Source of the DNA: an uncultured virus (IMG/VR IMGVR_UViG_3300030117_005941)
Taxonomy: Duplodnaviria; Heunggongvirae; Uroviricota; Caudoviricetes
IMG/VR virus record: IMGVR_UViG_3300030117_005941
Span: 53,555 to 73,554 of that record
Strand: one strand, 5' to 3'
DNA length: 20,000 nt
The notes under the pieces are model-generated. The model did not search any database, was not told where the DNA came from, and worked only from the letters and a program-made list of their open reading frames with translations. The translations under genes were made by a program, and so were the position numbers. This document shows, piece after piece, positions 1-9,300 of the stretch; the stretch's first letter is position 1; each line of letters begins with the position of its first letter.

Positions 1-1
1 A

Positions 2-400
2 ACTATTACTCATCCTAAGTATCATGATATTTTAAGGACACCTATAGGTATAGGAACTGATGGTATGACTATTGGAGAAGACTTTATAGTAGATGCAGGA
101 ATTGAAAATGGAATAAAAACACTACAATTCCAAGGTTCACATTTAATTTATGAACATGAATATCATTGTAATGTTCAAGAACATGAATTTAATAGCACTA
201 CTAATTTTTCAGCAAGAGATAAATTTGAAAATCCTTATAATTTAGCTAACTTTACTACGAGTTCTAATTTTAGACCATATGTATCAACGATTGGGTTATA
301 TAACCAAGCATATGAATTATTAGTTATTGGTAAACTAGGACAACCAATACCTATATCAGATCAAACTGATACAACTTTTGTGGTCCGTTGGGATACCTAA
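2..400 (+). CDS. C-terminal end of a probable phage virion structural (baseplate/tail-associated) protein, 5'-truncated by the window edge
   Basis: The frame is open from base 2 (TITHPKYHDILRTPIGIGTDG precedes the ATG at 65), so the true start is probably upstream of the window. It ends in PYVSTIGLYNQAYELLVIGKLGQPIPISDQTDTTFVVRWDT, resembling the 'IxxIGLY...L.AxGK..P' C-terminus of large-phage tail/baseplate proteins. Confidence 0.6.
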   Translation, partial: TITHPKYHDILRTPIGIGTDGMTIGEDFIVDAGIENGIKTLQFQGSHLIYEHEYHCNVQEHEFNSTTNFSARDKFENPYNLANFTTSSNFRPYVSTIGLYNQAYELLVIGKLGQPIPISDQTDTTFVVRWDT

Positions 401-410
401 TATGTATAAT
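398..410 (+). promoter_or_regulatory. Putative phage late-type promoter element TAATATGTATAAT
   Basis: An identical 13-mer occurs at 16917-16929 and a variant (ATATTTATAA) at 2790-2799. Each lies 15-18 nt upstream of a start codon. Confidence 0.5.
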
Positions 411-428
411 AAAATAAATAAATAAAAA

Positions 429-1112
429 ATGGCATCAAATAAAACAAGAACACAATTAAAACAATACTTTGAAACAGGAGACAAACCAACACAAGCACAA
501 TTTGCCGACTTAATAGAAAGTAATGTAAATTTAACTGACGCTACAACGGTTACAGGAGATTTAGAAATTTCATCATCATTATTACAAGTATCAGCATCAT
601 CTTTTACAACTAGAGGAGCAGGAGCTGCTACAGGTTCAAATTTTCATTGTAAATTAGCTCATTTTAATGGAGAAACTATTACTACAATATTAGTAGACAT
701 TGAAGGTATGAAATCTAAAAATGATGAAGGAGATGTAATTGGTATAGCAGGAACAAATAGTGCAAGTTTAATGAAGTGGGATACTGCTAAACATGGTATT
801 TTATACAAAGTAGAAATGGCATGTCTTGAAGCACCTACAGGTGGAACAGAAGATATTGATTTAAGAAGTAATGCAGCAGGAGGATTAACATATGATGGGG
901 ATTGCAATAGTTGTACAGCATTATTAGCAGCAGGAGGTGATTGGGCTGTAGGTAAACGTTTAGGAACAGACGGTGCTAATGGTACTCAAACCCAAATAGC
1001 AGCAAATGGTGATCATATCTATTTAGTAGCAGGAGATGCAGGAACAGACGGTGTTTATACCGCTGGTAAATATATTATTAAATTTTATGGAGTAAAAGCA
1101 GATTTTAGCTAA
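429..1112 (+). CDS. Probable virion structural protein (fibre/decoration-like), 227 aa
   Basis: N-terminal LKQYFETGDKPTQAQFADLI motif, which I recall from Bacteroidota/phage fibre-type proteins, followed by a Gly/Ala/Thr-rich beta-type domain ending YTAGKYIIKFYG. It follows another structural gene. Confidence 0.5.
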   Translation: MASNKTRTQLKQYFETGDKPTQAQFADLIESNVNLTDATTVTGDLEISSSLLQVSASSFTTRGAGAATGSNFHCKLAHFNGETITTILVDIEGMKSKNDEGDVIGIAGTNSASLMKWDTAKHGILYKVEMACLEAPTGGTEDIDLRSNAAGGLTYDGDCNSCTALLAAGGDWAVGKRLGTDGANGTQTQIAANGDHIYLVAGDAGTDGVYTAGKYIIKFYGVKADFS

Positions 1113-1116
1113 AATT

Positions 1117-1395
1117 ATGAAAAAAAGTACATTAAAAAATCTAATTAAAGAAATACTCCAAGAACAACTACAAGGAGCTGCTGTAGTTCCTAATGCTTTT
1201 CCTGCTTCAGGAGGTAAAGTAGCAATAGTTTGTCCTGATGGTTATAATTTTAAAAATGAAAATTTTCAAACATTAGGTCCTGTAGGGCCATCAACTCAAA
1301 TTGTTCACATTGTTGAAGGGTGTATTCCAGATAAAAAAACATTTACAGATAAATTTGGAAATACTGTAAGCCCTATTGGAGCAGGACCTGGTTAA
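1117..1395 (+). CDS. Small hypothetical protein with basic leader ending LIKE-ILQE-Q (candidate processed head protein), 92 aa
   Basis: MKKSTLKNLIKEILQEQ leader resembles those of downstream genes; two Cys (CPDGY, EGC); tight gene packing. Confidence 0.55.
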   Translation: MKKSTLKNLIKEILQEQLQGAAVVPNAFPASGGKVAIVCPDGYNFKNENFQTLGPVGPSTQIVHIVEGCIPDKKTFTDKFGNTVSPIGAGPG

Positions 1396-1407
1396 AAAAT
1401 AAAAAAA

Positions 1408-1836
1408 ATGAAATGGTTATATAAAGGATCAGAAATCAATGAAATTTCTGATCTACCAAACAATGCCTTCGGCTTTGTTTATCAAACAACTCACTTACCT
1501 ACAAATAAAAAATACATTGGTAAAAAGTCTTTAATGTATAATTTAAAGAAAAAATTAGGTAAAAAAGAAAAAGCACTTTGGGAAGGTAAAGGTCGCCCAC
1601 CTGTATATAAGAGGGTACTTAAAGAAAGTGATTGGAAAAATTACTATGGTTCACATGGTTTTATTAAAGAAGCAAACGAAGAAGACTTAAAAAGAGAAAT
1701 TTTAGAAATTGCTTACCATAAAAAAGAATTAACTTATCTTGAATGTAAATATCAGTTCACACTTGGTGTGCTTGAAAGTAGGTCTTACCTTAATGACAAT
1801 ATTCTCGGTAAATTTTTCGATAAAGATTTTGTTTAG
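1408..1836 (+). CDS. GIY-YIG nuclease superfamily protein, 142 aa
   Basis: GFVYQTTHLPTNKKYIGKK (GIY-YIG), ESDWKNYYGS, REILE and YLNDNILGKFF, matching the short stand-alone GIY-YIG-like protein of T4-like phages. Confidence 0.8.
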   Translation: MKWLYKGSEINEISDLPNNAFGFVYQTTHLPTNKKYIGKKSLMYNLKKKLGKKEKALWEGKGRPPVYKRVLKESDWKNYYGSHGFIKEANEEDLKREILEIAYHKKELTYLECKYQFTLGVLESRSYLNDNILGKFFDKDFV

Positions 1837-1862
1837 TTACTTATTTTTCATACAATAATAGT

Positions 1863-2783
1863 ATGAAGGAAGATCTTTTAAAACAACTATTAGAATCTGT
1901 ATTAGGTAGAAGTAAATCAGCTAGAGGAGGTGATGAAGCTGTATTTACTTGTCCTAGTTGTAATCATCATAAAAAGAAACTTACATTTAATTTACAATCA
2001 CAAAAATTTCAATGTTGGGTTTGTGGTTATAAAGGTCATAGAGCTTATCAATTACTTAAAAAAGCTAAAGCTCCGGGATCTACTTATTCAACCTTAAAAG
2101 AAATAGATTCACAATATAATTTTAAACAACAAATAGTTAAAAAACAAGAATTAACCTTTAATTTACCTGAAGGTGTTCAACCTTTAATTTCTTCATCTGC
2201 TGTATTATCAAGACATGCTTTACATTATTTAGATCAAAGAGGTATATCACAACAAGATATAGTTAAATATGATATACATTATAGTGAACAGGGTGATTTA
2301 AAAAATATGGTAGTAATCCCTTCATATGATGCAAATGGTATACTTAATTATTATGTAGGTAGATCATTTGATAAAAACGCATATATTAAACATAAATTAG
2401 CTCCTACAACAAAGGATATAGTTGGTTTTGAAATGTATATAAACTGGGATTTACCGTTAATTTTATGTGAAGGAGTATTCGATGCAATGACAATTAAACG
2501 TAATGCTATACCTTTATTTGGTAAAAAAATATCATCATCATTAATGAAAAAAATTATTAAAAGTAATGTTAAAAAAATATATCTTGCTTTAGATGATGAT
2601 GCTTTAAAGGATGCCCTTAAACATGCTGAAACATTTATAGGTTATGGAAAACGTATTTATTTTATAGAAATGCAAGGTAAAGATCCTAACGAATTAGGAT
2701 TTAATAAATTTACAAAATTACTACATAAAGCTACAGAACTTACTACTTCAAGTTTAATGAAAAAAAGAATGGCCTTATTGTAG
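1863..2783 (+). CDS. Phage DNA primase (Zn-binding domain + TOPRIM), 306 aa
   Basis: CPSC...CWVC zinc finger; YLDQRGI, VVIPSYD and YYVGRS motifs; TOPRIM acidic motifs LCEGVFDA and LALDDDA; KDPNE. Confidence 0.9.
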   Translation: MKEDLLKQLLESVLGRSKSARGGDEAVFTCPSCNHHKKKLTFNLQSQKFQCWVCGYKGHRAYQLLKKAKAPGSTYSTLKEIDSQYNFKQQIVKKQELTFNLPEGVQPLISSSAVLSRHALHYLDQRGISQQDIVKYDIHYSEQGDLKNMVVIPSYDANGILNYYVGRSFDKNAYIKHKLAPTTKDIVGFEMYINWDLPLILCEGVFDAMTIKRNAIPLFGKKISSSLMKKIIKSNVKKIYLALDDDALKDALKHAETFIGYGKRIYFIEMQGKDPNELGFNKFTKLLHKATELTTSSLMKKRMALL

Positions 2784-2789
2784 TTTTTT

Positions 2790-2799
2790 ATATTTATAA
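2790..2799 (+). promoter_or_regulatory. Putative promoter element ATATTTATAA
   Basis: One-mismatch variant of the ATATGTATAA core at 400 and 16919; 17 nt upstream of the ATG at 2817. Confidence 0.45.
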
Positions 2800-2816
2800 C
2801 AAAAACTAACCATTAA

Positions 2817-3350
2817 ATGGAAAAAATTGCAATTTTACCTGGAGGGTTTAAACCTCCCCATGCTGGTCATTACAATATGGCTAAATGGTTAGCTAATAAT
2901 ACTGACGCAGATACAATAGTAGTTAAAATAGGATCAGGAGTAAGAGACGGAATTACAAGAGAAATATCCCTTAAATTATGGAATTTGTATAGAACTTCAG
3001 ATCCTGATGATACTAGTATTTCAATTTTACCTTCAGAATCTCCTTCTCCCGTAAGAGATGTTTACGATTTTATAGAACAAGAAGCTCCTGAAGGATCTAC
3101 TGTTTATTTAGGAATGGGAGAAAAAGATATAGATGATCAAAGATTTAAAAATATAGGAAAATTTGCGGATCCTAAAAATATAAAATTTGAAACTGTATTA
3201 GTACCTCCACAAGCAGGAGGAGTTTCAGGTACTGAAATGAGGAGTTTTATAAAAAATAATGATAAAAAAAGCTTTCAAAAATATTTACCTGACCATTTAA
3301 CATCTGATCAAGAAGAAGAAGCATGGGATATAGTAACTTCTATAAATGAA
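2817..3350 (+). other. Domain: cytidylyltransferase-like (HIGH/HxGH) nucleotidyltransferase
   Basis: AILPGGFKPPHAGH (PGGFKPPHAGH at 2838-2870) and VSGTEMR (SxTxxR, the KMSKS-equivalent motif). Confidence 0.85.
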
Positions 3351-6300
3351 GATTTATATGACCCAAATGATCATTATAGAGATTTTGCAAAAACAAATGA
3401 TCCTAATCCTAAAAAACCAATATCACCTTCTTACAAATACCATAGAGCAGGAGTGTATGGAAGAATGTATGAGCAACAAGGAGGAAAAACTTTAAGAGTA
3501 TATGATTTTGATGATACTTTAGCTATTACTAGAGGGGCTAACATAAAAGTAAAACATGAAGATGGTACTATTGATACTTTAGATCCTGCTGAATTTGCTG
3601 TTTATCAAGAACAACCAGGAGATAAATTTGATTTTACTGAATTTGATAGTGTAATTAAAGAAGCTACCCCTATTCAACACATAGTAGACATGTTAAAAAA
3701 AGATGTCAATGATGCTAGTGTAGATAAAGTAACAATTTTAACAGCTCGTTTATTAGCTTATCCTGTTAAAAGATATTTAAGAGAAGAATTAGGATTAGAT
3801 GTTTACGTTGTAGCTGTAGGATCTTCAGACCCCTTAGATAAAGCTACTTGGATAGAAGACCATATTCTTAAAGGGTATAATGATATAATGTTTATTGATG
3901 ATTCTGAACCAAATAGAAAAGCAGTAAGTAAATTAAAAGATATCCATTCTGATATAAAATTAGATGTTTTTCATCCTCATGAACTTAATGAAGAAATGTA
4001 TGGGATGATGACTAAGCGAGAAAAAGCTAGACATAAAAGAAAACTAAAAAAAATAAAAAAAGATCTTAAAAGACTTGATAAAAAAAATAGATATTATGAA
4101 GTACCTAAAAGTTGGAGAGGATCACTTACAAGAAAATATAAAAGAAAAAGAAGAAGAAAAAGAAGAAAAAGAAGAAAAATGAATGAAAATGCTACTGCCT
4201 CAATAAAAGGTCAATTTATACCTTTAGAGGTAATGGATACTCCTGAATTACAAGTACAAGGAATGATGGGAAGAGATAAATTAGAAGGGGGTATGGTTTT
4301 TCCTTATGATGGGATAGATAAAAGAACTTTTCATACCCAAAATTGTAAAATTCCTTTAGATATAATTTTTATAGCAGATAATGAAGTTACTAAAATATTT
4401 CATGATTGCCCTCCTTGTCAAGAAAAACAATGTCCTAAATATTCAGGAAGAGCAGATAATGTTTTAGAATTGCCTGGAGGTTATTGTGAAGAAAATAATA
4501 TAAATGTAGGAGATCAAATAGGACTTAATACTTATAATTTACCTAAACCTTTATCTGAACAAAAAGAATATAGACCTTTTAAAGATAAACTTATACAAAG
4601 ATATGTAAAAGCTTGTAATTGTAAAGTTTTAGATAAATTTGGAAATTGCCCTAGAGACTTTTTTCCTTATTGGCTTAATTGTACTATTGATGGAGATACT
4701 CCTAAAGTAGGAGATACTTTCATTTATCCTATAAATAATCATAAAGTAAAAGTACATAAAGTACAAATGGGTTTTGATGCTCCGGTTGTCGTAACAGATG
4801 TAGAAAGTACTAATTGTGGTGTAGGACCTAGAGAAAGAAAACTTACTAAAAAAGAAAATATAGACCCTAAATCACAAGCTAAACATAAAGGTAAATCTGC
4901 TCCTTATGGTTCTGCTTATGAACCTGTTAATGAAGCCGATCCTAAAAAAGGAACAGGTAAAAAACCTAAAGGATCAGGAAGAAGATTATATACAGACGAA
5001 AATCCTAAAGATACAGTTAAAGTAAAATTTTCAACAAGACAAGATATAGTAGACACTTTAAATAAAAAATCTTTTAAAAGCAAACCACATAAACGTCAAT
5101 CTCAAATTATAAATTTAATTCATCAAAGGGTAAGAGCTGCTTTAAGTAGAACAAAAGATCCACAAAAGAAAAAAAGTTTAAAATCAGCTTTTGAATATAT
5201 TAAAAAACGTAAAGAAGCTTCTAAGAAAAAAACACAACGAATGAAAAAAGAAAATGTGTTTACTAAAGGATGGTGGAAAGATACCTTAAATGAAATATTG
5301 TTAAAAGAGGGAGGAGCAGCAGGACATATGGCACATCCTTTTAATTTACCAGATGTTAATTCAGGTAGTGATTTAAAGGATATATTTAATAAATCAGCAG
5401 AATCTCTTCAAAATAATCCAGGTTCAGTAAAAATAGATGGAGTAAATAGTTCTATTCGTTTAATAGATTTAGATGGTGAAAAACAATTTGTGATGGATAG
5501 AGGTTCTAAAAAAGAACTTGATATAAAAGGTATTACTAAAGATGATTTATTAGATAGGTTTGGAGATGGACATGGAATGGTTAAAATAGGAGGAGAAGTA
5601 TTGGATATGTTTAATAATGCATTACCTTCTATAAAAAATGATTTAGAAAAATTAGGAGTTTATGATGATCCTAATATATTATTTAACATGGAATATGTTA
5701 GTGGAAAAACTAATGTACAAGATTATGGTTCTAATTTTATAGCAATACATGGTTTAAATAAAATAGAAAGTAAAGAAGTAGAGGGTAAAAGAGGACCTTT
5801 AATTAAAAGAGTATCTTCTGAAGTGTCTTATGATAAGTCCGCTTTACAATCACTTTTAGATAATTTAGCACCAACAGCTAAAGAACAAGGATTTGAAGTG
5901 TATGGTTCTGTACCTACAGAAATGAGTAAAAAACCTAATTTTTCATCAGCACTTTCTCAAAATTATACAATAGTGTCTAATGAAGGAGAAAAAACACAAA
6001 CATTAGATCAATGGTTAAATGAATTAAATAACATTCCTGAAGAAGATTTTATATTTATGAATGTAGACAACTCTAAAAAGAAAGTTGGGGCTGTCTCTAA
6101 ATTAGTATATACTACACTCCTTAAAGGAGATAACATAGATGAGTTGTTTGAATCTGAAGAAGATAAACAAAAAGCTATTGAAGGTTTTACAACTTATCTT
6201 GCAACTGAAAAATTAGGTGATGAAGTACTTAAAGTATTAAATTCACCTATGGGTTCAGTTGATAACCATGAAGGAGTAGTAATAAGAGATGAAAATATAG

Positions 6301-6362
6301 CAAATGTACCATTTAAAATTACAGGTAAATTTATTTTAGGTGGGATGGCCTCAGATTTTTAA
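2817..6362 (+). CDS. Multidomain (poly)protein, 1181 aa: HIGH nucleotidyltransferase, HAD phosphatase, basic peptide, DUF192-like, Cys domain, basic domain, ligase-like domain
   Basis: Single uninterrupted ORF. Motifs: PGGFKPPHAGH; YDFDDTL/ILTAR/FIDD; LEVMDTP...PLDIIFI...VLELPGG; GGAAGHMAHPF, KIDG, HEGVVIR, FKITG. Confidence 0.85.
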   Translation: MEKIAILPGGFKPPHAGHYNMAKWLANNTDADTIVVKIGSGVRDGITREISLKLWNLYRTSDPDDTSISILPSESPSPVRDVYDFIEQEAPEGSTVYLGMGEKDIDDQRFKNIGKFADPKNIKFETVLVPPQAGGVSGTEMRSFIKNNDKKSFQKYLPDHLTSDQEEEAWDIVTSINEDLYDPNDHYRDFAKTNDPNPKKPISPSYKYHRAGVYGRMYEQQGGKTLRVYDFDDTLAITRGANIKVKHEDGTIDTLDPAEFAVYQEQPGDKFDFTEFDSVIKEATPIQHIVDMLKKDVNDASVDKVTILTARLLAYPVKRYLREELGLDVYVVAVGSSDPLDKATWIEDHILKGYNDIMFIDDSEPNRKAVSKLKDIHSDIKLDVFHPHELNEEMYGMMTKREKARHKRKLKKIKKDLKRLDKKNRYYEVPKSWRGSLTRKYKRKRRRKRRKRRKMNENATASIKGQFIPLEVMDTPELQVQGMMGRDKLEGGMVFPYDGIDKRTFHTQNCKIPLDIIFIADNEVTKIFHDCPPCQEKQCPKYSGRADNVLELPGGYCEENNINVGDQIGLNTYNLPKPLSEQKEYRPFKDKLIQRYVKACNCKVLDKFGNCPRDFFPYWLNCTIDGDTPKVGDTFIYPINNHKVKVHKVQMGFDAPVVVTDVESTNCGVGPRERKLTKKENIDPKSQAKHKGKSAPYGSAYEPVNEADPKKGTGKKPKGSGRRLYTDENPKDTVKVKFSTRQDIVDTLNKKSFKSKPHKRQSQIINLIHQRVRAALSRTKDPQKKKSLKSAFEYIKKRKEASKKKTQRMKKENVFTKGWWKDTLNEILLKEGGAAGHMAHPFNLPDVNSGSDLKDIFNKSAESLQNNPGSVKIDGVNSSIRLIDLDGEKQFVMDRGSKKELDIKGITKDDLLDRFGDGHGMVKIGGEVLDMFNNALPSIKNDLEKLGVYDDPNILFNMEYVSGKTNVQDYGSNFIAIHGLNKIESKEVEGKRGPLIKRVSSEVSYDKSALQSLLDNLAPTAKEQGFEVYGSVPTEMSKKPNFSSALSQNYTIVSNEGEKTQTLDQWLNELNNIPEEDFIFMNVDNSKKKVGAVSKLVYTTLLKGDNIDELFESEEDKQKAIEGFTTYLATEKLGDEVLKVLNSPMGSVDNHEGVVIRDENIANVPFKITGKFILGGMASDF
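3474..3992 (+). other. Domain: HAD-superfamily phosphatase (Pnkp-phosphatase-like)
   Basis: Motif I DFDDT (from 3504), motif II ILTAR, motif III Lys (LDKA), motif IV MFIDD. Confidence 0.8.
4188..4559 (+). other. Domain: DUF192-like
   Basis: LEVMDTPELQVQGMMGR...GMVF...FHTQNCKIPLDIIFI...PPC...Y...NVLELPGG...INVGD follows the DUF192 pattern (ExAxT...GLM.R...GMLF...FWMKN..PLDI.F...VLE..G). Confidence 0.8.
5310..6362 (+). other. Domain: ATP-dependent ligase-like covalent nucleotidyltransferase fold
   Basis: Motif I KIDG (5430-5441), motif III-like FNMEY (from 5682), motif IV EGVV (6270-6281) and motif V-like FKITG (6312-6326), in the canonical order. Confidence 0.6.
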
Positions 6363-6365
6363 AAT

Positions 6366-9300
6366 ATGAAAAAAACAATTTTACGTAGAATTAGACAAAA
6401 AGCACATAAGTTACTAAAAGAACAAAAAATATTTGATCAAGAATATTTTAGTAATATATTAAAACCACCAACAAGTCCTTTTGACTTAGTATCAAAAATA
6501 CCAAAACCTGATAAAGATCAACCATATCCTTTTGGAAATGGAATAGCAGTCCAATGTAAAAATCAACAACCTGCCTTTGAATTATTTTATGTAGTTTGTC
6601 AAGATGGTGGAGATCTTGGACCTCAATGTGAATGTGAACAATATGAAGTAACTGCTGATTGGATTTGTTGTGATGGTGTTGACAGTTTTACAAATCCTGG
6701 ATTTGTCCCTTATCCAGGTCAATCATATGCAGGTGATGATAGTCTTTATTGTATGGCAGCACCTGGTACTCCAAATACTTTTGAAAATTATAAAGAAGCT
6801 CTTTTACAAAATGCTTGGATAATAAATATTAATTTTAGTAATTGGATAGCAGATGGTTTGCTTAATTTTCAAAGTGGACCTGGAGACATACCTGTTGTAG
6901 GAACAGGTTATTTATCTGAAGAATGTCCTGGATGTATGATAACACAACCTGCACCTCTTTCAGGTAATAATTTAGACATAGCAAATCAACAAAATATGCC
7001 TGATAATTTATCAATGGTACATGATGGTTCATGTGTGTTTGAATGGTGTAATACTCCAGAAGCAGACAATTATTTTTGTAATTCTGAATTAGCCTCAGAA
7101 GATATAGCAGGAATAAATATTAGTTTTAGTGATTGGTGTGTTCCTAATGAAGATGGAATTTTAGTTCTTGATACTGCTATAGGAATTGTACAAGAAGGAG
7201 AACTAACTGAATGTTATGTTGGTGGTTGTACAGATAATGGAACCTTAACTGCTGAAGTTTGGGCTGCAGAATATGCAGGAACAACTCAAACATTAGGAGA
7301 TGGTACTGGTGTATTACCAGATGAATATCCAGGAATGCCTGGAGCTGATAACTATGATCCTTTAGCTACTGTAGATGATGGTTCATGTATATATGATGGA
7401 GATGAAGATGGAGTTTTCTCATTTGATGAAGTAGATGGCTGTACAGATCCTTCAGCTTTTAATTATAATGAAAATGCATCTGAAGATGATGGTACATGTG
7501 TACCTATAATTTATGGTTGTACAGATTCATTAGCTTTTAACTTTGATGAAGAAGCTAATACTTTATGTGAAGATCCTCCAAATCAAATTAATATAGACCT
7601 AAATGGTAATGAAGAAGAATGTATAGAATGTATAGAAAATTTAGGTGGTTGTACAGATAATAGTGCAACTAACTATAACCCTGATGCTACTTTTGATGAT
7701 GATTCATGTTGTTATAATCCAGGTTGTACAGATGTAAATGCTTGTAATTATAGTGAAGCTGCTTGTTTTGATGATGGTTCTTGTGAATATGAATCATGTT
7801 TAGGTTGTACAATAATTGGATTTAATGGTGATGCTTCAGGTATAGGTGCTTATAGTGCTGCTAACAGTACAACATTAAGTGTACCTACTATAGATTATTG
7901 TGTTTATAGTGGTTGTTTAAATAGTGAACAAAATGAAGATGGGTCATATGTTTATGAAAATTATGTTTGTAATGGAGATTATGCTCAATTTTTGTGTACA
8001 TCTATTGATATTGATGGTGATGGAGCTCCAGATTTAGGGGTCCCAATGAGTCAAGAAAGTATAGATCAATATGGTCTTAGTATGGAACCTATAGGTATTT
8101 TTGTTGATAAAGGAACTTGTCAATTAGCTCCTGTATTAGGATGTACAAATCCTGATGCTGAAAATTTTAATCCTGATGCAACTGAAGATGATGGTTCATG
8201 TGAATTTATTCTAGGATGTATGGAAAATACAACAGCTGATTGGAGTTTAGAACCTAATGGATTTATAGTAACTAACTACCAACCAGATGCAACTCAAAAT
8301 TTTGGCTGTAATTACGTTGTTTGTTTAGATGGAAATGCTGACAACTATGTATGTGATGCAGAAGATGGTGTACCATATCTATGTTTACAAAATACAGGAG
8401 ACCCTAATCAAGATTTAGATGATGACTTTATAGATAGTATAGGTGCTACTATTGAAGATTGTAATTATAATGATCAAAATATATTTGATGCTTCAGGTAC
8501 AAATACTTGTTGTTTTAACATTATTCCAGGATGTATGCAAGGAGGAAATACTATTACTAACCCAGGAAATCTTACAGCTGACAATTATGATCCAAATGCT
8601 AACGTAGAATGTGTTGATCCTCCAAACCAAGAAGATAATGACACAGGCCTTCCTTGTGAACCTTGTATATTTTCAGGATGCCCAGATCCAACAGCATGTA
8701 ATAGTATAGTAGGTACTAATATGTTTGGTCTGTTAGGTTATGAAGCATGGGTATATAATGATGATGGTTCATGTGAATATCCTGACACTTGTAATGATTG
8801 TGATGGAAATTACTTAACTGATGGATGTACTGATGAAGCAGCATGTAACTATGATCCAACAGCAGAATGTGGACCTAATGATCAACTTTGTGATTATGGT
8901 TGCTATGGTTGTACAGATGAAGCTGCTGCTAATTATGATCAACTAGCTACTATGGATGATGGTAGTTGTGAGTATGATGAAATGTGTTGGGATATAACAA
9001 TAACACAATGTAATGCAGCTTATTTATCATTTGCTTATCAAATTGCTGAACTAGAAGGAACTAGAGCTCCTGGTGGTCCTGATATGTGGACAAATGTAAC
9101 ACTTAGATGTGTGTCTATAGGATACCCATCAGCTGCAACTGAAATTGGACCTAATGCTCCTGATGGAGAATTTGGAGGTAACCCACCTTTTGTAGATGGA
9201 ACAAGCCCTAATGGTTTAGGAGAATATGTTGTTTATGAAGGTTTTACAGCACAAATGGAAGGAGGACCTGGAGATGATTTAGGAATACCTTACGTACCAG

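Noticed and set aside
1408..1836. GIY-YIG gene as a mobile homing endonuclease or intron
   Set aside because: Short, with no evident C-terminal DNA-binding extension, and it does not interrupt a gene; it fits the stand-alone phage family.
2817..6362. Intein or assembly chimera as the explanation for the long ORF
   Set aside because: No intein C/S...HN-C/S/T splice motifs were noticed at the junctions, and the frame is continuous with consistent composition. A chimera cannot be fully excluded without reads.
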